From Ignavibacteriota bacterium (GTDB lineage Bacteria > Bacteroidota > Ignavibacteria > UBA10030): a stretch of DNA of 64,000 nucleotides. Shown piece after piece: positions 10,204-19,940 of the stretch. The translations under genes were made by a program, and so were the position numbers. The DNA lies in the NCBI GenBank assembly GCA_003170475.1, contig PMZI01000023.1, positions 20,587 through 84,586 of the forward strand, written 5' to 3'. The notes beneath the pieces are model-generated. The model was not told where the DNA came from. It searched no databases and saw only the letters and a program-made list of their open reading frames with translations. Numbering within the stretch: the first letter of the stretch is position 1; each line of letters opens with the position of its first letter.

Positions 10204-11178
10204 CTATGTACCGAGTAGCTTCTTCACTTCCACCGTCAAAGCGGGGACAATCTCAAACGCGTCCGCCACAATGCCGTACGTCGCGACCTGAAAGATCGGT
10301 GCGTCTTTGTCTTTGTTGACAGCTACAATATACTTTGAAGATGACATTCCCGCAAGGTGCTGGATCGCACCGGAGACAGCCACAGCGATATAGAGCGAGG
10401 GGGAGACGGTCTTTCCCGTCTGACCAACCTGTTCTTCGTGCGGACGCCAGCCGGCATCGACCACTGCCCGGGATGCTCCGACCGCAGCACCCAGTGCCCC
10501 AGCCAGATCCTCAATCATACCGAACCCTTCCGGTCCCTTGAGGCCGCGCCCACCCGTGACGATAATATTCGCTTCTGCAACATCAAGTTTGCCGGATGAT
10601 TGTTTCATCTCCTTTGCACCACATGAGAAATCCGGATCCGTCAGCGCGGCAGAGAATTTCTCGGTGGGTGCGGGCACGCCGCCGGATTCCCCCGACGAAA
10701 ATACGTTCGGGCGCAACGTGAACACCTTCACAGCGGAGGTGATCTTCACTTGTGCAAGGGCCTTGCCGGCGAATACAGGGCGGGTGGCAACAATCTCCCC
10801 TCCCTGAACATTCAATCCCGTACACTCCGCCGCCAACCCGGCATCAAGTTTCACTGCAACTCTCGGCGCGAGATCTTTTCCAAGAGCTGTGGCGGACATG
10901 ACAACGACGGTGGCGTGTTGAGCCAGCGCTGCTTCCGCTACAATTGTTGCATAGGCCACCGGCGCATACCGCGCGAGTCTTCCATCCTCTGCCACGAGAA
11001 CTTTGTGTGCTCCATATCCACCGAGATCCGACCCCATCGATTGAATATTGTCCCCGATGATGATGGCGACGACCTCGCCGCCAAGCTGATCGGCAAGCAT
11101 GCGTGCAGTCTTGACCGCCTCGAATGCCGGTTTCTTAAACCTGTTGTCTCGTTGCTCTGCGAATACAAGAATCTTCAT
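10204..11178 (-). CDS. etfA: electron transfer flavoprotein alpha subunit
   Basis: 324 aa. C-terminal FAD-binding signature GGRGL...[13 protein letters not shown]...[25 protein letters not shown]. Confidence 0.9.
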   Translation of the reverse strand: MKILVFAEQRDNRFKKPAFEAVKTARMLADQLGGEVVAIIIGDNIQSMGSDLGGYGAHKVLVAEDGRLARYAPVAYATIVAEAALAQHATVVVMSATALGKDLAPRVAVKLDAGLAAECTGLNVQGGEIVATRPVFAGKALAQVKITSAVKVFTLRPNVFSSGESGGVPAPTEKFSAALTDPDFSCGAKEMKQSSGKLDVAEANIIVTGGRGLKGPEGFGMIEDLAGALGAAVGASRAVVDAGWRPHEEQVGQTGKTVSPSLYIAVAVSGAIQHLAGMSSSKYIVAVNKDKDAPIFQVATYGIVADAFEIVPALTVEVKKLLGT

Positions 11179-11216
11179 GGCGCGTGTGAGTACTGGTTAA
11201 TTGTTGAATTGGTTAA

Positions 11217-11253
11217 CTCGCCCTGAGCGAGTCCCGACGTATTCTGTCGGGAC
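11217..11253. repeat. two adjacent stem-loops in the etfB-etfA spacer (REP-like)
   Basis: CTCGC-cctga-GCGAG (11217..11231) is directly followed by GTCCCGAC-gtattct-GTCGGGAC (11231..11253). Confidence 0.4.
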
Positions 11254-11289
11254 GAGTCGAAGGGTTGGTGATTGCAGTTCTGTCACCTG

Positions 11290-11317
11290 AATCGAAAATC
11301 CGAAATCGCGAATCGGA
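11290..11317. repeat. four tandem degenerate heptamers
   Basis: AATCGAA AATCCGA AATCGCG AATCGGA read directly from the sequence. They lie immediately downstream (in the transcription sense) of the etfB stop. Confidence 0.6.
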
Positions 11318-11322
11318 AACAG

Positions 11323-12069
11323 CTATATCACTTTCGCTTCTTCATGCAGGAGCCGCACGAGCTCAGGGACAGCGCTGACGTCTGTGCCGATTATTCTTCC
11401 TGCGGGTTTTGCCGGGGGTTTCTGCATGAGCAGCAACTCTATTTTTGCTGTGACGGGAGAAGTCGGCCGTTCTTCGATCGGCTTGCTCTTGGCACCCATG
11501 ATTCCCTTCAACGACGGATAGCGGGGTTCATTCAGCCCCTTTTGTGTAGTGAAGACGGCGGGGAGGGATGTTTCCAAGACCTCGCGTCCCCCTTCGATCT
11601 CACGTTCTGCTGTCGCCTTCCCATCCGCAATATCCAGCTTCACGACAACCGAAACCGATGGCAAGCCAAGCATCTCCGCCACCATCACACCAACGGCGCC
11701 GTCATCGTAATCCACAGACTGCTTTCCAAAGAACACGATGTCCGGAGAGAGTTCTTTGAGATAGTCTGCCAATGCCCGCGCCACGCCGGAAGAATCGCGC
11801 ACGCTGTCATCTCTCAGGAGCACAGCCTTGTCCGCCCCCATCGCGAGCGCCTTTCGGAGTGTTTCCTTGTGCGCATCCCCGCCGAGGGAAATCACGGTCA
11901 CGTCGCCCCCATTTTTTTCTTTCAGCCTGAGGCATTCCTCTACGGCGATTTCATCATACGGACTGATGACGTACGTAACACCAGATTTGTCTATGGTTTT
12001 ACCGTCGGCAGCGATGTTAATCTTCGCTGCGGTGTCGGGGACATGATTGATACAGGCGGCCAGCTTCAT
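11323..12069 (-). CDS. etfB: electron transfer flavoprotein beta subunit
   Basis: 248 aa. MKLAACINHVPDTAAKI..., typical EtfB length, positioned upstream of etfA. Confidence 0.9.
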   Translation of the reverse strand: MKLAACINHVPDTAAKINIAADGKTIDKSGVTYVISPYDEIAVEECLRLKEKNGGDVTVISLGGDAHKETLRKALAMGADKAVLLRDDSVRDSSGVARALADYLKELSPDIVFFGKQSVDYDDGAVGVMVAEMLGLPSVSVVVKLDIADGKATAEREIEGGREVLETSLPAVFTTQKGLNEPRYPSLKGIMGAKSKPIEERPTSPVTAKIELLLMQKPPAKPAGRIIGTDVSAVPELVRLLHEEAKVI

Positions 12070-12177
12070 AGAGCGTATCGAGTTATGAGAAATTGTGCGG
12101 TTGTTTGAAATTAGGTGATGTCAATAATAAAAAGGATTTCCGTGAGCGGTAAGTCAAGACCGAGCTCGATCCGCTGA

Positions 12178-13125
12178 CTACAGAATTTTCTTCAGAAGTG
12201 CAGGATCAACGTTGCCACCACTGATGATGGCACAGACATTCCTTCCCGACAGACTCAAGATGTTGTGAAACACCGCCGCGGGCGCCACGGCCCCTGTGGG
12301 CTCAACAACAATTTTCATTCTTTCCAGGAAGAATCGCATCATATCGATGACCTGATCGTCTTTGACCGTGATGACGTCATCCACGTATTGCAGAATGATC
12401 TCAAAGTTCCTCTTACCAACCGCCTGGGTGCGCATACCATCAGCAATGGTATTGGGCGGATTGATGCGGACGATTTCTTTCTTGCGAAATGACTGATAGC
12501 AATCATTCGCCGGCTCAGTTTCCACTCCAATAACCTTGATGTTCGGGAAGAGATGCTTGGCTGCTATTGCACTACCCGCAATCAGACCTCCACCGCCGAT
12601 GGGAACGAACAGAAAATCGAGCTCGTCAACGTCTTGGCCAACCTCGATCATGGCCGTTCCCTGTCCTGCGATGATCTTGTCATCGTCGAACGGCGGGACC
12701 AAAACGTAGTTGTGTTCCTGCTGCAGCTGTCTTGCGACCCGTTCGCGGTCATCCGAGGAGTCTTCGCAAAACACCACCTCCGCGCCATAGGCTTGCGTTC
12801 CCGCCACCTTGATCGCCGGGGAGTTCTTTGGCATCACCACGACCGCTCGCGTGTTCAGGAGTTTTGCCGCCAGAGCAACCCCCTGTGCATGATTGCCGGA
12901 GGAATGGGCAACGACCCCACGCTTCCGCTCCTCGGCCGTCAGAGAGGCAATCTTGTTATATGCCCCACGAATTTTGAAGGCACCAATTCTCTGGAGGTTT
13001 TCCGCTTTAAATAATACCTTATTTCCAATGCGGGCGTTGAGGGTCCGCGACATCAGGAGCGGCGTCTTGTGAACCACCGGCTGAACAATCCTGTAAGCCA
13101 TTTCGATGTCATGGTAGGTAATCAT
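12178..13125 (-). CDS. PLP-dependent threonine/serine dehydratase (short form, no ACT regulatory domain)
   Basis: ORF 12178..13164; internal ATG at 13125 (MITYHDIEMA) preferred. PLP-lysine motif FKIRGAYNK and glycine loop GGGGLIAG. Confidence 0.85.
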   Translation of the reverse strand: MITYHDIEMAYRIVQPVVHKTPLLMSRTLNARIGNKVLFKAENLQRIGAFKIRGAYNKIASLTAEERKRGVVAHSSGNHAQGVALAAKLLNTRAVVVMPKNSPAIKVAGTQAYGAEVVFCEDSSDDRERVARQLQQEHNYVLVPPFDDDKIIAGQGTAMIEVGQDVDELDFLFVPIGGGGLIAGSAIAAKHLFPNIKVIGVETEPANDCYQSFRKKEIVRINPPNTIADGMRTQAVGKRNFEIILQYVDDVITVKDDQVIDMMRFFLERMKIVVEPTGAVAPAAVFHNILSLSGRNVCAIISGGNVDPALLKKIL

Positions 13126-13187
13126 AGGCCTGAAAAATGTAGAGAAAATGACCTTTATTGACAAGTGAATTTTCTTGAGCTCTGCCC

Positions 13188-13216
13188 TTGCGCTTTGAGG
13201 AAGAATTCGCTATACT
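13188..13216 (+). promoter_or_regulatory. candidate sigma70-like promoter for the TrpR-like gene
   Basis: TTGCGC (13188..13193), a 17-nt spacer, then TATACT (13211..13216). This would give a very short 5' UTR. By eye only. Confidence 0.3.
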
Positions 13217-13230
13217 TTACTCAGGTAAAG
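13215..13230. promoter_or_regulatory. perfect palindrome CTTTAC-tcag-GTAAAG, candidate operator
   Basis: Ends 1 nt before the ATG at 13232 and overlaps the candidate -10 element. Confidence 0.45.
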
Positions 13231-13231
13231 C

Positions 13232-13531
13232 ATGAAACACGTAAAACAACGAGATATCGACGAGCTGTACGCTGTCATCACACGTCTGCAAGACCTGGAC
13301 GAGTGCCGAAAATTCTTTCGCGATCTTCTCACGGAGACCGAAATACGTGAACTTGCAGAACGCTGGAAAGTGGCCCGGATGCTTTGGCAGGGAGTCCCGT
13401 ATACCTCCATCGAAGAGGAAACGGGCCTGAGTTCCCGCACCATCGCGCGCGTTCACAAGTGGCTCAAGCGCGGCAAGGGTGGGTACATCATGATGCTACG
13501 GCGTCTCGATGTCTTGAAACGAACTCAATGA
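13232..13531 (+). CDS. TrpR-like YerC/YecD-family DNA-binding protein (candidate histidine-operon regulator)
   Basis: 99 aa. FFRDLLTETEIRELAERWKVARMLWQGVPYTSIEEETGLSSRTIARVHKWLKRG matches the YerC/YecD TrpR-related family as I know it. Sits directly upstream of hisG. Confidence 0.8.
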   Translation: MKHVKQRDIDELYAVITRLQDLDECRKFFRDLLTETEIRELAERWKVARMLWQGVPYTSIEEETGLSSRTIARVHKWLKRGKGGYIMMLRRLDVLKRTQ

Positions 13532-13549
13532 TTTTTTTTGCACCAAACA

Positions 13550-13565
13550 CTTTATCAAGGTAAAG
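13550..13565. promoter_or_regulatory. second copy of the palindrome (CTTTAT-caag-GTAAAG)
   Basis: Ends 1 nt before the hisG ATG at 13567. One mismatch from perfect dyad symmetry. The flanks are also similar to site 1 (ACTTTAyc.aGGTAAAGnATG). Confidence 0.45.
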
Positions 13566-13566
13566 T

Positions 13567-14442
13567 ATGATTGCCAACAACGGACGACTCAAAATTGCCA
13601 TTCAGAAAAGTGGCCGATTAACAGAAGACTCTCTTTCACTCCTGCGTGCATGCGGACTCGAATTCGAGTTTCAGAAACAAAGCCTCTATTCACCCTGCCG
13701 GAACTTCGACCTCGACGTTCTTGCCCTTCGCGATGACGACATTCCTGAATATGTTCAGGATGCCGTCGCCGATCTCGGGATCGTTGGCGAGAACATTGTC
13801 CGGGAAAAAGGTGCCCGAGTTGAGACGATCTCTGTGCTTGGGTTCGGAGAGTGCCGCCTTTCCATCAGTGTTCCGCAACGGTCATCCATTCGCTCCGTGA
13901 AGCAGCTCAACCGAAAGCGCATTGCCACATCCTATCCGACGACGCTGAAACAGTACCTTCGCTCCCAGGGACTCAAGGCGGAGGTGATTGAACTCAGCGG
14001 TGCTGTGGAACTCGCGCCGACGCTTGACGTGGCAGATGCAATTTGTGATATTGTGTCCACGGGGACGACGGCTCGGGTGAACGGCTTGCGCCCGCTCACG
14101 ACGGTATTGACCTCCGAAGCTGTTCTCGTCGCCAACCGGGCAACGTTAAGAAACCCGAAGAAGAAGCAGCTCATCGACCGACTCCTCATTCGTATTTCCG
14201 GAAGTCTCCAGGCCCACGGAAAACGGTACATGATGATGAATGCGCCGGCAACCGCCGTCCCGCGCCTGAAGAAAATCATTCCAAGCTTGAAAAGCCCCAC
14301 GGTCGTTCCGCTGGCCGATGAAGGAATGGTGGCTCTCCACTCGGTGATCCCCGAAGACGTGTTCTGGGACGTCATGGAGAAGTTGAAGAAAGCCGGAGCA
14401 AGTGACATTGTTGTCGTACCCATTGAAGCGATTATCCGATGA
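13567..14442 (+). CDS. hisG: ATP phosphoribosyltransferase, long form
   Basis: 291 aa including a C-terminal regulatory domain. LKIAIQKSGRL...DIVSTGTT pattern. Confidence 0.92.
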   Translation: MIANNGRLKIAIQKSGRLTEDSLSLLRACGLEFEFQKQSLYSPCRNFDLDVLALRDDDIPEYVQDAVADLGIVGENIVREKGARVETISVLGFGECRLSISVPQRSSIRSVKQLNRKRIATSYPTTLKQYLRSQGLKAEVIELSGAVELAPTLDVADAICDIVSTGTTARVNGLRPLTTVLTSEAVLVANRATLRNPKKKQLIDRLLIRISGSLQAHGKRYMMMNAPATAVPRLKKIIPSLKSPTVVPLADEGMVALHSVIPEDVFWDVMEKLKKAGASDIVVVPIEAIIR

Positions 14443-15740
14443 AACTCTACTCTTCAAATCGGTTGACGCGCGAAGACCGGAAACGGTTATGCCTCCGCCC
14501 CTGGAGCATCGACACGTCGCTCCGCGAGACCGTGGCCTCTCTCTGCCTCGACGTCAAACAGAGGGGTGACGATGCCTTAAAGGAATACAGTAAGAAATTC
14601 GACGCTGTTCCTATTTCCGAGTTCGGTGTGGCAACTCCAGAAATTGAAGACGCGCGCAGCAATGTACCCCCGGCACTCGTCGCTGCCATCGAGCATGCAG
14701 CACGAAACATTCGGGCATTTCATGCCGCGCAGGCGCGAACTGAGGAGAGAATTGAAACGGAAACCGGCGTTGTCTGCTGGCGTGAACGTCGAGCGATTGA
14801 CACTGTCGGGCTCTATGTGCCTGCCGGTTCCGCACCGCTGCCATCGACAGTTCTTATGCTGGGAATTCCAGCGCTGCTTGCCGGGAGTCGCCGGATTATC
14901 CTGTGCTCGCCGCCGAAATCCAATGGAACCGTTGATCCGGCAGTGCTTGCAGCAGCAGCCTACCTTGGCATACGGGAAATCTACAAGGTGGGGGGCGCTC
15001 AGGCTATTGCAGCGATGGCGTACGGAACGCAATCGATCCCGAAAGTCGAAAAGATCTTTGGGCCGGGGAACCAATATGTCACCGAAGCAAAACGCTTTGT
15101 CTCCTCTGATCCCGATGGTGCTGCCATTGATCTCCTCGCGGGACCTTCAGAACTGTTGATCATTGCCGATGACTCGGCCGATTCTACCATTGTCGCTGCG
15201 GACTTGCTTTCACAAGCCGAGCACGACCCCCAATCACAAGTCGTTCTCTTAACCACGAGCGAAGCACTTGCAGAAGCAACGATGAGTGAAGTTCAGTTGC
15301 AGCTCCAACGACTTCCCCGGAACGAGATTGCCGCGAAGTCTCTGGACAACAGTTACGCAATCGTTATGCGATCGGTTGAAGAGGCCGTCGGCTTCTCGAA
15401 CATGTATGCACCAGAGCATCTTCTGATCAATACGCGCAGTCCAGAAATACTTGTGTCGGAAATCCAGAACGCCGGATCTGTCTTTCTCGGCTCATTTGCA
15501 CCCGTTACTGCTGGAGATTATGCTTCCGGTACCAATCATACACTTCCCACCGGGGGGTCGGCAAGATGGGTCAGCGGCCTTTCCGTCGAGAGTTTTCAAA
15601 AATCGATGACGTTTCAGTCGATCACCCGGCATGGTCTCGAGCGGCTGGCTCCTGCTTTGACAACGCTCGCAAAGGCTGAGGGGCTTGAAGCACACGCCCG
15701 GGCTGTGACACAGCGACTCGATCGACAAGTACGCTCATGA
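14439..15740 (+). CDS. hisD: histidinol dehydrogenase
   Basis: 433 aa. QAEHDPQSQ and GDYASGTNHTLPT motifs. ATGA overlap with hisG. Confidence 0.95.
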   Translation: MKLYSSNRLTREDRKRLCLRPWSIDTSLRETVASLCLDVKQRGDDALKEYSKKFDAVPISEFGVATPEIEDARSNVPPALVAAIEHAARNIRAFHAAQARTEERIETETGVVCWRERRAIDTVGLYVPAGSAPLPSTVLMLGIPALLAGSRRIILCSPPKSNGTVDPAVLAAAAYLGIREIYKVGGAQAIAAMAYGTQSIPKVEKIFGPGNQYVTEAKRFVSSDPDGAAIDLLAGPSELLIIADDSADSTIVAADLLSQAEHDPQSQVVLLTTSEALAEATMSEVQLQLQRLPRNEIAAKSLDNSYAIVMRSVEEAVGFSNMYAPEHLLINTRSPEILVSEIQNAGSVFLGSFAPVTAGDYASGTNHTLPTGGSARWVSGLSVESFQKSMTFQSITRHGLERLAPALTTLAKAEGLEAHARAVTQRLDRQVRS

Positions 15741-16789
15741 TCGACATTGAAACCCTTATACGACCGAACATTCGTGCGCTGAAACCGTACCGGAGCGCTC
15801 GCCAGGATTATCTAAGCGGTGTGCTGCTGGACGCGAACGAGAATGCGTTTGGCAGCGCCATTACGTTCGACGGATTGGATCTCAATCGTTATCCTGATCC
15901 CTTCCAGACCGCCCTGCGTTCCCGACTTGCTCAGCTCCATGAAGTCCAACGCGAAAACCTCTTTGTTGGAGTCGGATCCGATGAAGTGATCGATCTCCTT
16001 CTGCGTATTTTCTGCGAGCCTCGGAAAGACGCGGCGCTCATTCTCGAACCCACCTACGGAATGTATCGCGTCGCCGCAGACGTTAACAATGTCGAAGTGG
16101 ATTCCTGCTTGCTGACCGACGATTTTCAGATCGATGTGGAGGCTGTCAAGAAGTGTACGAAGGAAAACACGAAAATCATCTTCTGCTGTTCTCCGAACAA
16201 CCCGACCGGCAACCTTCTGAATCGTGACGACATCCTGAACCTTTGTGCTCAGACGTCAGCCATCGTCGTTGCCGATGAAGCGTACGCCGACTTCGCCCAG
16301 GCTGAATCGTTGATATCATCCATCGGGCAATTTCCCAATCTCGTTGTTCTGCGTACGTTGTCGAAGGCCTGGGGCCTGGCGGCCATCCGGCTTGGCTACG
16401 CCGTTGCTCACCCGCAGATTGTCACGTATCTGATGAAGGTGAAGTCGCCATACAACATCAATATCCTCACAAGCACCGAGGCGTTGAAGGCGCTTGTCAA
16501 CACAGAGCATGTACAAAAGAGCGTGGCGGCCGTCGCCGCCGAGAGGCAGAGGCTTGTGAGGGAATTGTCTACATTTCAATTTGTGAAGAAAGTCTATCCG
16601 TCGGACGCGAACTTTCTTCTGGTCCGTTGCACTGAAGCGCGATTACTGTATACGCAACTTGCTCAGCGCGGTATCATTGTGCGCGATCGAAGCTCCGAGC
16701 CAAAACTGGAGAACTGTCTTCGCATTTCCATTGGCACTCCTGAACAAAATGATCTCCTCCTGAATGCATTAAAGGAACTTGAACAATGA
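15737..16789 (+). CDS. hisC: histidinol-phosphate aminotransferase
   Basis: 350 aa. PNNPTGN and PLP-lysine context RTLSKAWGLAAIRLGY. ATGA overlap with hisD. Confidence 0.93.
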   Translation: MIDIETLIRPNIRALKPYRSARQDYLSGVLLDANENAFGSAITFDGLDLNRYPDPFQTALRSRLAQLHEVQRENLFVGVGSDEVIDLLLRIFCEPRKDAALILEPTYGMYRVAADVNNVEVDSCLLTDDFQIDVEAVKKCTKENTKIIFCCSPNNPTGNLLNRDDILNLCAQTSAIVVADEAYADFAQAESLISSIGQFPNLVVLRTLSKAWGLAAIRLGYAVAHPQIVTYLMKVKSPYNINILTSTEALKALVNTEHVQKSVAAVAAERQRLVRELSTFQFVKKVYPSDANFLLVRCTEARLLYTQLAQRGIIVRDRSSEPKLENCLRISIGTPEQNDLLLNALKELEQ

Positions 16790-17877
16790 GCCTCGTCTTT
16801 CTCGATCGTGACGGAACAATTATCGTCGAACCGCCTGATGAGCAGATCGATTCACTTGAGAAGCTTGAACTTCTTCCCGGCGTCATTGAGGGACTTCGTT
16901 TGCTTCGCGACAGAGGATTTGAATTGGTCCTCGTCACAAATCAGGATGGACTAGGCACGGATCGATTTTCCCAGGACTCCTTTGATGCGCCGCAGAAAAA
17001 GCTTCTTGGCATCCTTCAGGGTGAAGGAATAGCATTCTCACAGGTTTTCATCTGCCCGCATATTCCTGCCGACCAGTGCGGCTGCAGGAAGCCAAAGACC
17101 GGACTCGTGGCGGATTACCTCAGAGAGAAGAAACCCGATCTCCGGCAAACATTCATGATTGGCGACCGTGAATCTGATGTGCAGTTCGGAAAGAACGTCG
17201 GCTGCAAAACGATTCGATTGGGGGGTTCTCCGGGAACCGCTGCCGATGTTGCTGTGAATAATTTTCTCGATGCCTGCCGATATATCGCATCCAGCATCCG
17301 TACCGCACATATTGACCGGGCGACAAACGAGACATCCATTGCGGTTGACGTCTCTCTCGACGGAACAGGATCATACGTGGTGAACACGGGCCTGGGCTTT
17401 TTCGATCATATGATTGCGCAACTTTCAAAGCATTCTCTGATCGACATCAAACTGAGCGTCAAAGGAGATCTGCATGTCGACGAGCACCATACTATAGAGG
17501 ACACGGGCCTGGCCTTGGGTGAAGCCCTTCGACAGGCGCTTGGAGATAAGCGCGGTATTGAGCGCTATGGTTTTCTCCTTCCGATGGACGAGTCTCTTGC
17601 ACAGGTGGCAATTGACCTTGGCGGCAGGCCGTTCTTTCTGTTTCAGGGAACATTCGAACGAGAACGAGTAGGCGAATTCCCGACAGAGCTTGTGGAGGAT
17701 TTCTTCCGCGCGTTTGCCGATGGATTGCGGGCAAATCTCCATATCACGGTGCAGGGTCGGAACGATCATCACAAAATTGAGGCAATCTTCAAAAGTGTTG
17801 CAAGAGCGCTGAAACAAGCGATCGCGATCGATCCCAAATCTTCTGGCTCGCTTCCGTCGACGAAAGGATCGCTATGA
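16786..17877 (+). CDS. hisB: bifunctional histidinol-phosphatase / imidazoleglycerol-phosphate dehydratase
   Basis: N-terminal HAD motif FLDRDGT...VTNQDG. C-terminal IGPD histidine motifs DEHHTIED and NDHHKIEA. Confidence 0.93.
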   Translation: MSLVFLDRDGTIIVEPPDEQIDSLEKLELLPGVIEGLRLLRDRGFELVLVTNQDGLGTDRFSQDSFDAPQKKLLGILQGEGIAFSQVFICPHIPADQCGCRKPKTGLVADYLREKKPDLRQTFMIGDRESDVQFGKNVGCKTIRLGGSPGTAADVAVNNFLDACRYIASSIRTAHIDRATNETSIAVDVSLDGTGSYVVNTGLGFFDHMIAQLSKHSLIDIKLSVKGDLHVDEHHTIEDTGLALGEALRQALGDKRGIERYGFLLPMDESLAQVAIDLGGRPFFLFQGTFERERVGEFPTELVEDFFRAFADGLRANLHITVQGRNDHHKIEAIFKSVARALKQAIAIDPKSSGSLPSTKGSL

Positions 17878-18461
17878 TCGGCATCATCGATTATGGAGCC
17901 GGCAACATCCGGTCCGTCGGCAATGCCCTCGATCGGCTCGGTCAACAGTATTTCGTGTCGAACAATATCGCTGAACTTCAGCGGGCCGGGAAGCTGATCT
18001 TGCCGGGTGTCGGAGAAGCACGCAGCGCGATGGAATCGCTCGGGCAAATCGGACTTCTCCGCTGGTTGACAAACGTAACCGTTCCATTTCTTGGGATTTG
18101 CATCGGCATGCAAATTCTTTTTGATCATTCCGATGAGCGAGATACGGCATGCCTCGGTGTCGTTCCGGGTCGAATCTCGCGCTTCGACGATACGAAGCTG
18201 AAGGTTCCGCACATCGGTTGGAATCGGGTCAATGTCACTGCAACGAGTCCTCTTTTCAGCAAGATTCGTGACAACGAGTTCTTTTACTTCGTCCATTCGT
18301 TCCGCGCATCCGTCGGGCCCAACACCATCGGGATGACGGAGTATGGCGAAGCGTTCTCCGCGGCAGTGCAGAAGCAGAATTTTTACGGCGTCCAGTTCCA
18401 TGCGGAGAAGTCGGGGGATGCCGGTATTCAGGTATTGAAAAACTTTATTGAATTATGCTGA
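17874..18461 (+). CDS. hisH: imidazole glycerol phosphate synthase, glutaminase subunit
   Basis: 195 aa. Catalytic GICIGMQ and the late FHAEKS motif. Confidence 0.93.
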   Translation: MIGIIDYGAGNIRSVGNALDRLGQQYFVSNNIAELQRAGKLILPGVGEARSAMESLGQIGLLRWLTNVTVPFLGICIGMQILFDHSDERDTACLGVVPGRISRFDDTKLKVPHIGWNRVNVTATSPLFSKIRDNEFFYFVHSFRASVGPNTIGMTEYGEAFSAAVQKQNFYGVQFHAEKSGDAGIQVLKNFIELC

Positions 18462-19177
18462 TTTATCCGGCGATCGACATTTATCAGGGAAATTGTGTCC
18501 GGTTACGGCAGGGCGATTTCGCGTCTCAAAACGTGTATTCCGATTCTCCTTCAGCCGTGGCCCGGTCGTTCCGGGACGCCGGCCTGAATTCCCTCCACGT
18601 CGTTGACCTGGAAGGCGCAAAGGAGAGTCATATTGTCAACTGGGAGGCCCTCACCTCCATTCTGGAGATTGACTCGATGCAAGTCCAGATCGGAGGCGGG
18701 ATTCGTTCACGCGAGGACATTTGCCGACTTTTCGATGCGGGAGCAGCGCGAGTCGTCATCGGCAGCCTCGCGGTTGAATCTCCTCATGTTGTTCAGGATT
18801 GGATCCGCGAATTCGGAACAGAGCGATTTGTGATCGCGGTCGATGTTCGCGATGGAGCGGTCGCTCACAAGGGCTGGCTTGAACGCGCTCATCTTACTGC
18901 ATCAACGTTTGTGGACGCAATGGCACGCGCCGGTGCGACAAGTTTTCTTTGCACCGATATCAATCTCGATGGAATGCTCGGCGGTCCGAACCTGGAGCTG
19001 TATCGGTCACTCCTGGCAGAGTTTCCTTCAATTCATCTCATTGCATCCGGAGGGGTTTCGCAGATCAGGGATATCGAAAATCTCGCGGGCATTGGCTGCC
19101 ACGCTGTCGTGGTCGGGAAAGCACTGTACGAGGGAAAAGTGACGACGGATCAATTGAGTGGTTTCACCAAAAAGTGA
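18455..19177 (+). CDS. hisA: ProFAR isomerase
   Basis: 240 aa. [16 protein letters not shown]-terminus and (beta/alpha)8 glycine-rich phosphate sites. Confidence 0.92.
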   Translation: MLIYPAIDIYQGNCVRLRQGDFASQNVYSDSPSAVARSFRDAGLNSLHVVDLEGAKESHIVNWEALTSILEIDSMQVQIGGGIRSREDICRLFDAGAARVVIGSLAVESPHVVQDWIREFGTERFVIAVDVRDGAVAHKGWLERAHLTASTFVDAMARAGATSFLCTDINLDGMLGGPNLELYRSLLAEFPSIHLIASGGVSQIRDIENLAGIGCHAVVVGKALYEGKVTTDQLSGFTKK

Positions 19178-19184
19178 AGAACAC

Positions 19185-19940
19185 ATGTTGACAAAGCGGA
19201 TCATACCCTGTCTCGATGTCAAGGATGGCAGGACCGTCAAGGGGACAAAATTCGTGGACTTGCGCGACGCGGGCGATCCCGTGGAACTCGCATCGCGGTA
19301 CTCCGACGAAGGAGCAGATGAACTTGTCTTTCTTGATATCAGCGCTTCGAGAGAAGGACGGAAGACCTTTCTCGCGGTTGTCGAACGCGTCGCCCGGGCA
19401 ATTCAGATTCCGTTTACCGTCGGCGGCGGAATCAGTGTTGTCGATGACGTCTTACGCGCTCTTGACGCAGGAGCTGACAAAGTCTCCCTGAACACAGCGA
19501 TCGTGGAGCAACCGGAGTTTCTGCAGGCAGCTTCGTCGGCTGTTGGTTCACAATCGATCGTTGCTGCCATTGACGCCAAACGAAAGGGAAGCAGTTGGAG
19601 CGTCTGGACAAAGGGCGGGTCGGAGGAATCGCCGCTCGATGCCATTGCCTGGGCTCAGGAAGCCGTCCGACGCGGTGCCGGCGAACTTCTGATAACATCC
19701 ATGGATGCAGATGGCACAAAAGAAGGTTACGACCTCGACTTGCTTCGAACAATTTCACAGTGTACCAGTGTTCCCGTGATTGCCTCGGGAGGTGCTGGAA
19801 CAAAAGAGCACATCAAAGACGCCATCACCATTGGCAAAGCTGATGCGGTTCTCGCGGCGAGTATTTTCCATTATCAACAGATATCGATTGCCGATATCAA
19901 AGAGTTTCTACAGACAAACAATATTCCGGTCCGGATATGA
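19185..19940 (+). CDS. hisF: imidazole glycerol phosphate synthase, cyclase subunit
   Basis: ORF 19158..19940; ATG at 19185 ([20 protein letters not shown]) follows the hisA stop by 7 nt. Confidence 0.93.
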   Translation: MLTKRIIPCLDVKDGRTVKGTKFVDLRDAGDPVELASRYSDEGADELVFLDISASREGRKTFLAVVERVARAIQIPFTVGGGISVVDDVLRALDAGADKVSLNTAIVEQPEFLQAASSAVGSQSIVAAIDAKRKGSSWSVWTKGGSEESPLDAIAWAQEAVRRGAGELLITSMDADGTKEGYDLDLLRTISQCTSVPVIASGGAGTKEHIKDAITIGKADAVLAASIFHYQQISIADIKEFLQTNNIPVRI

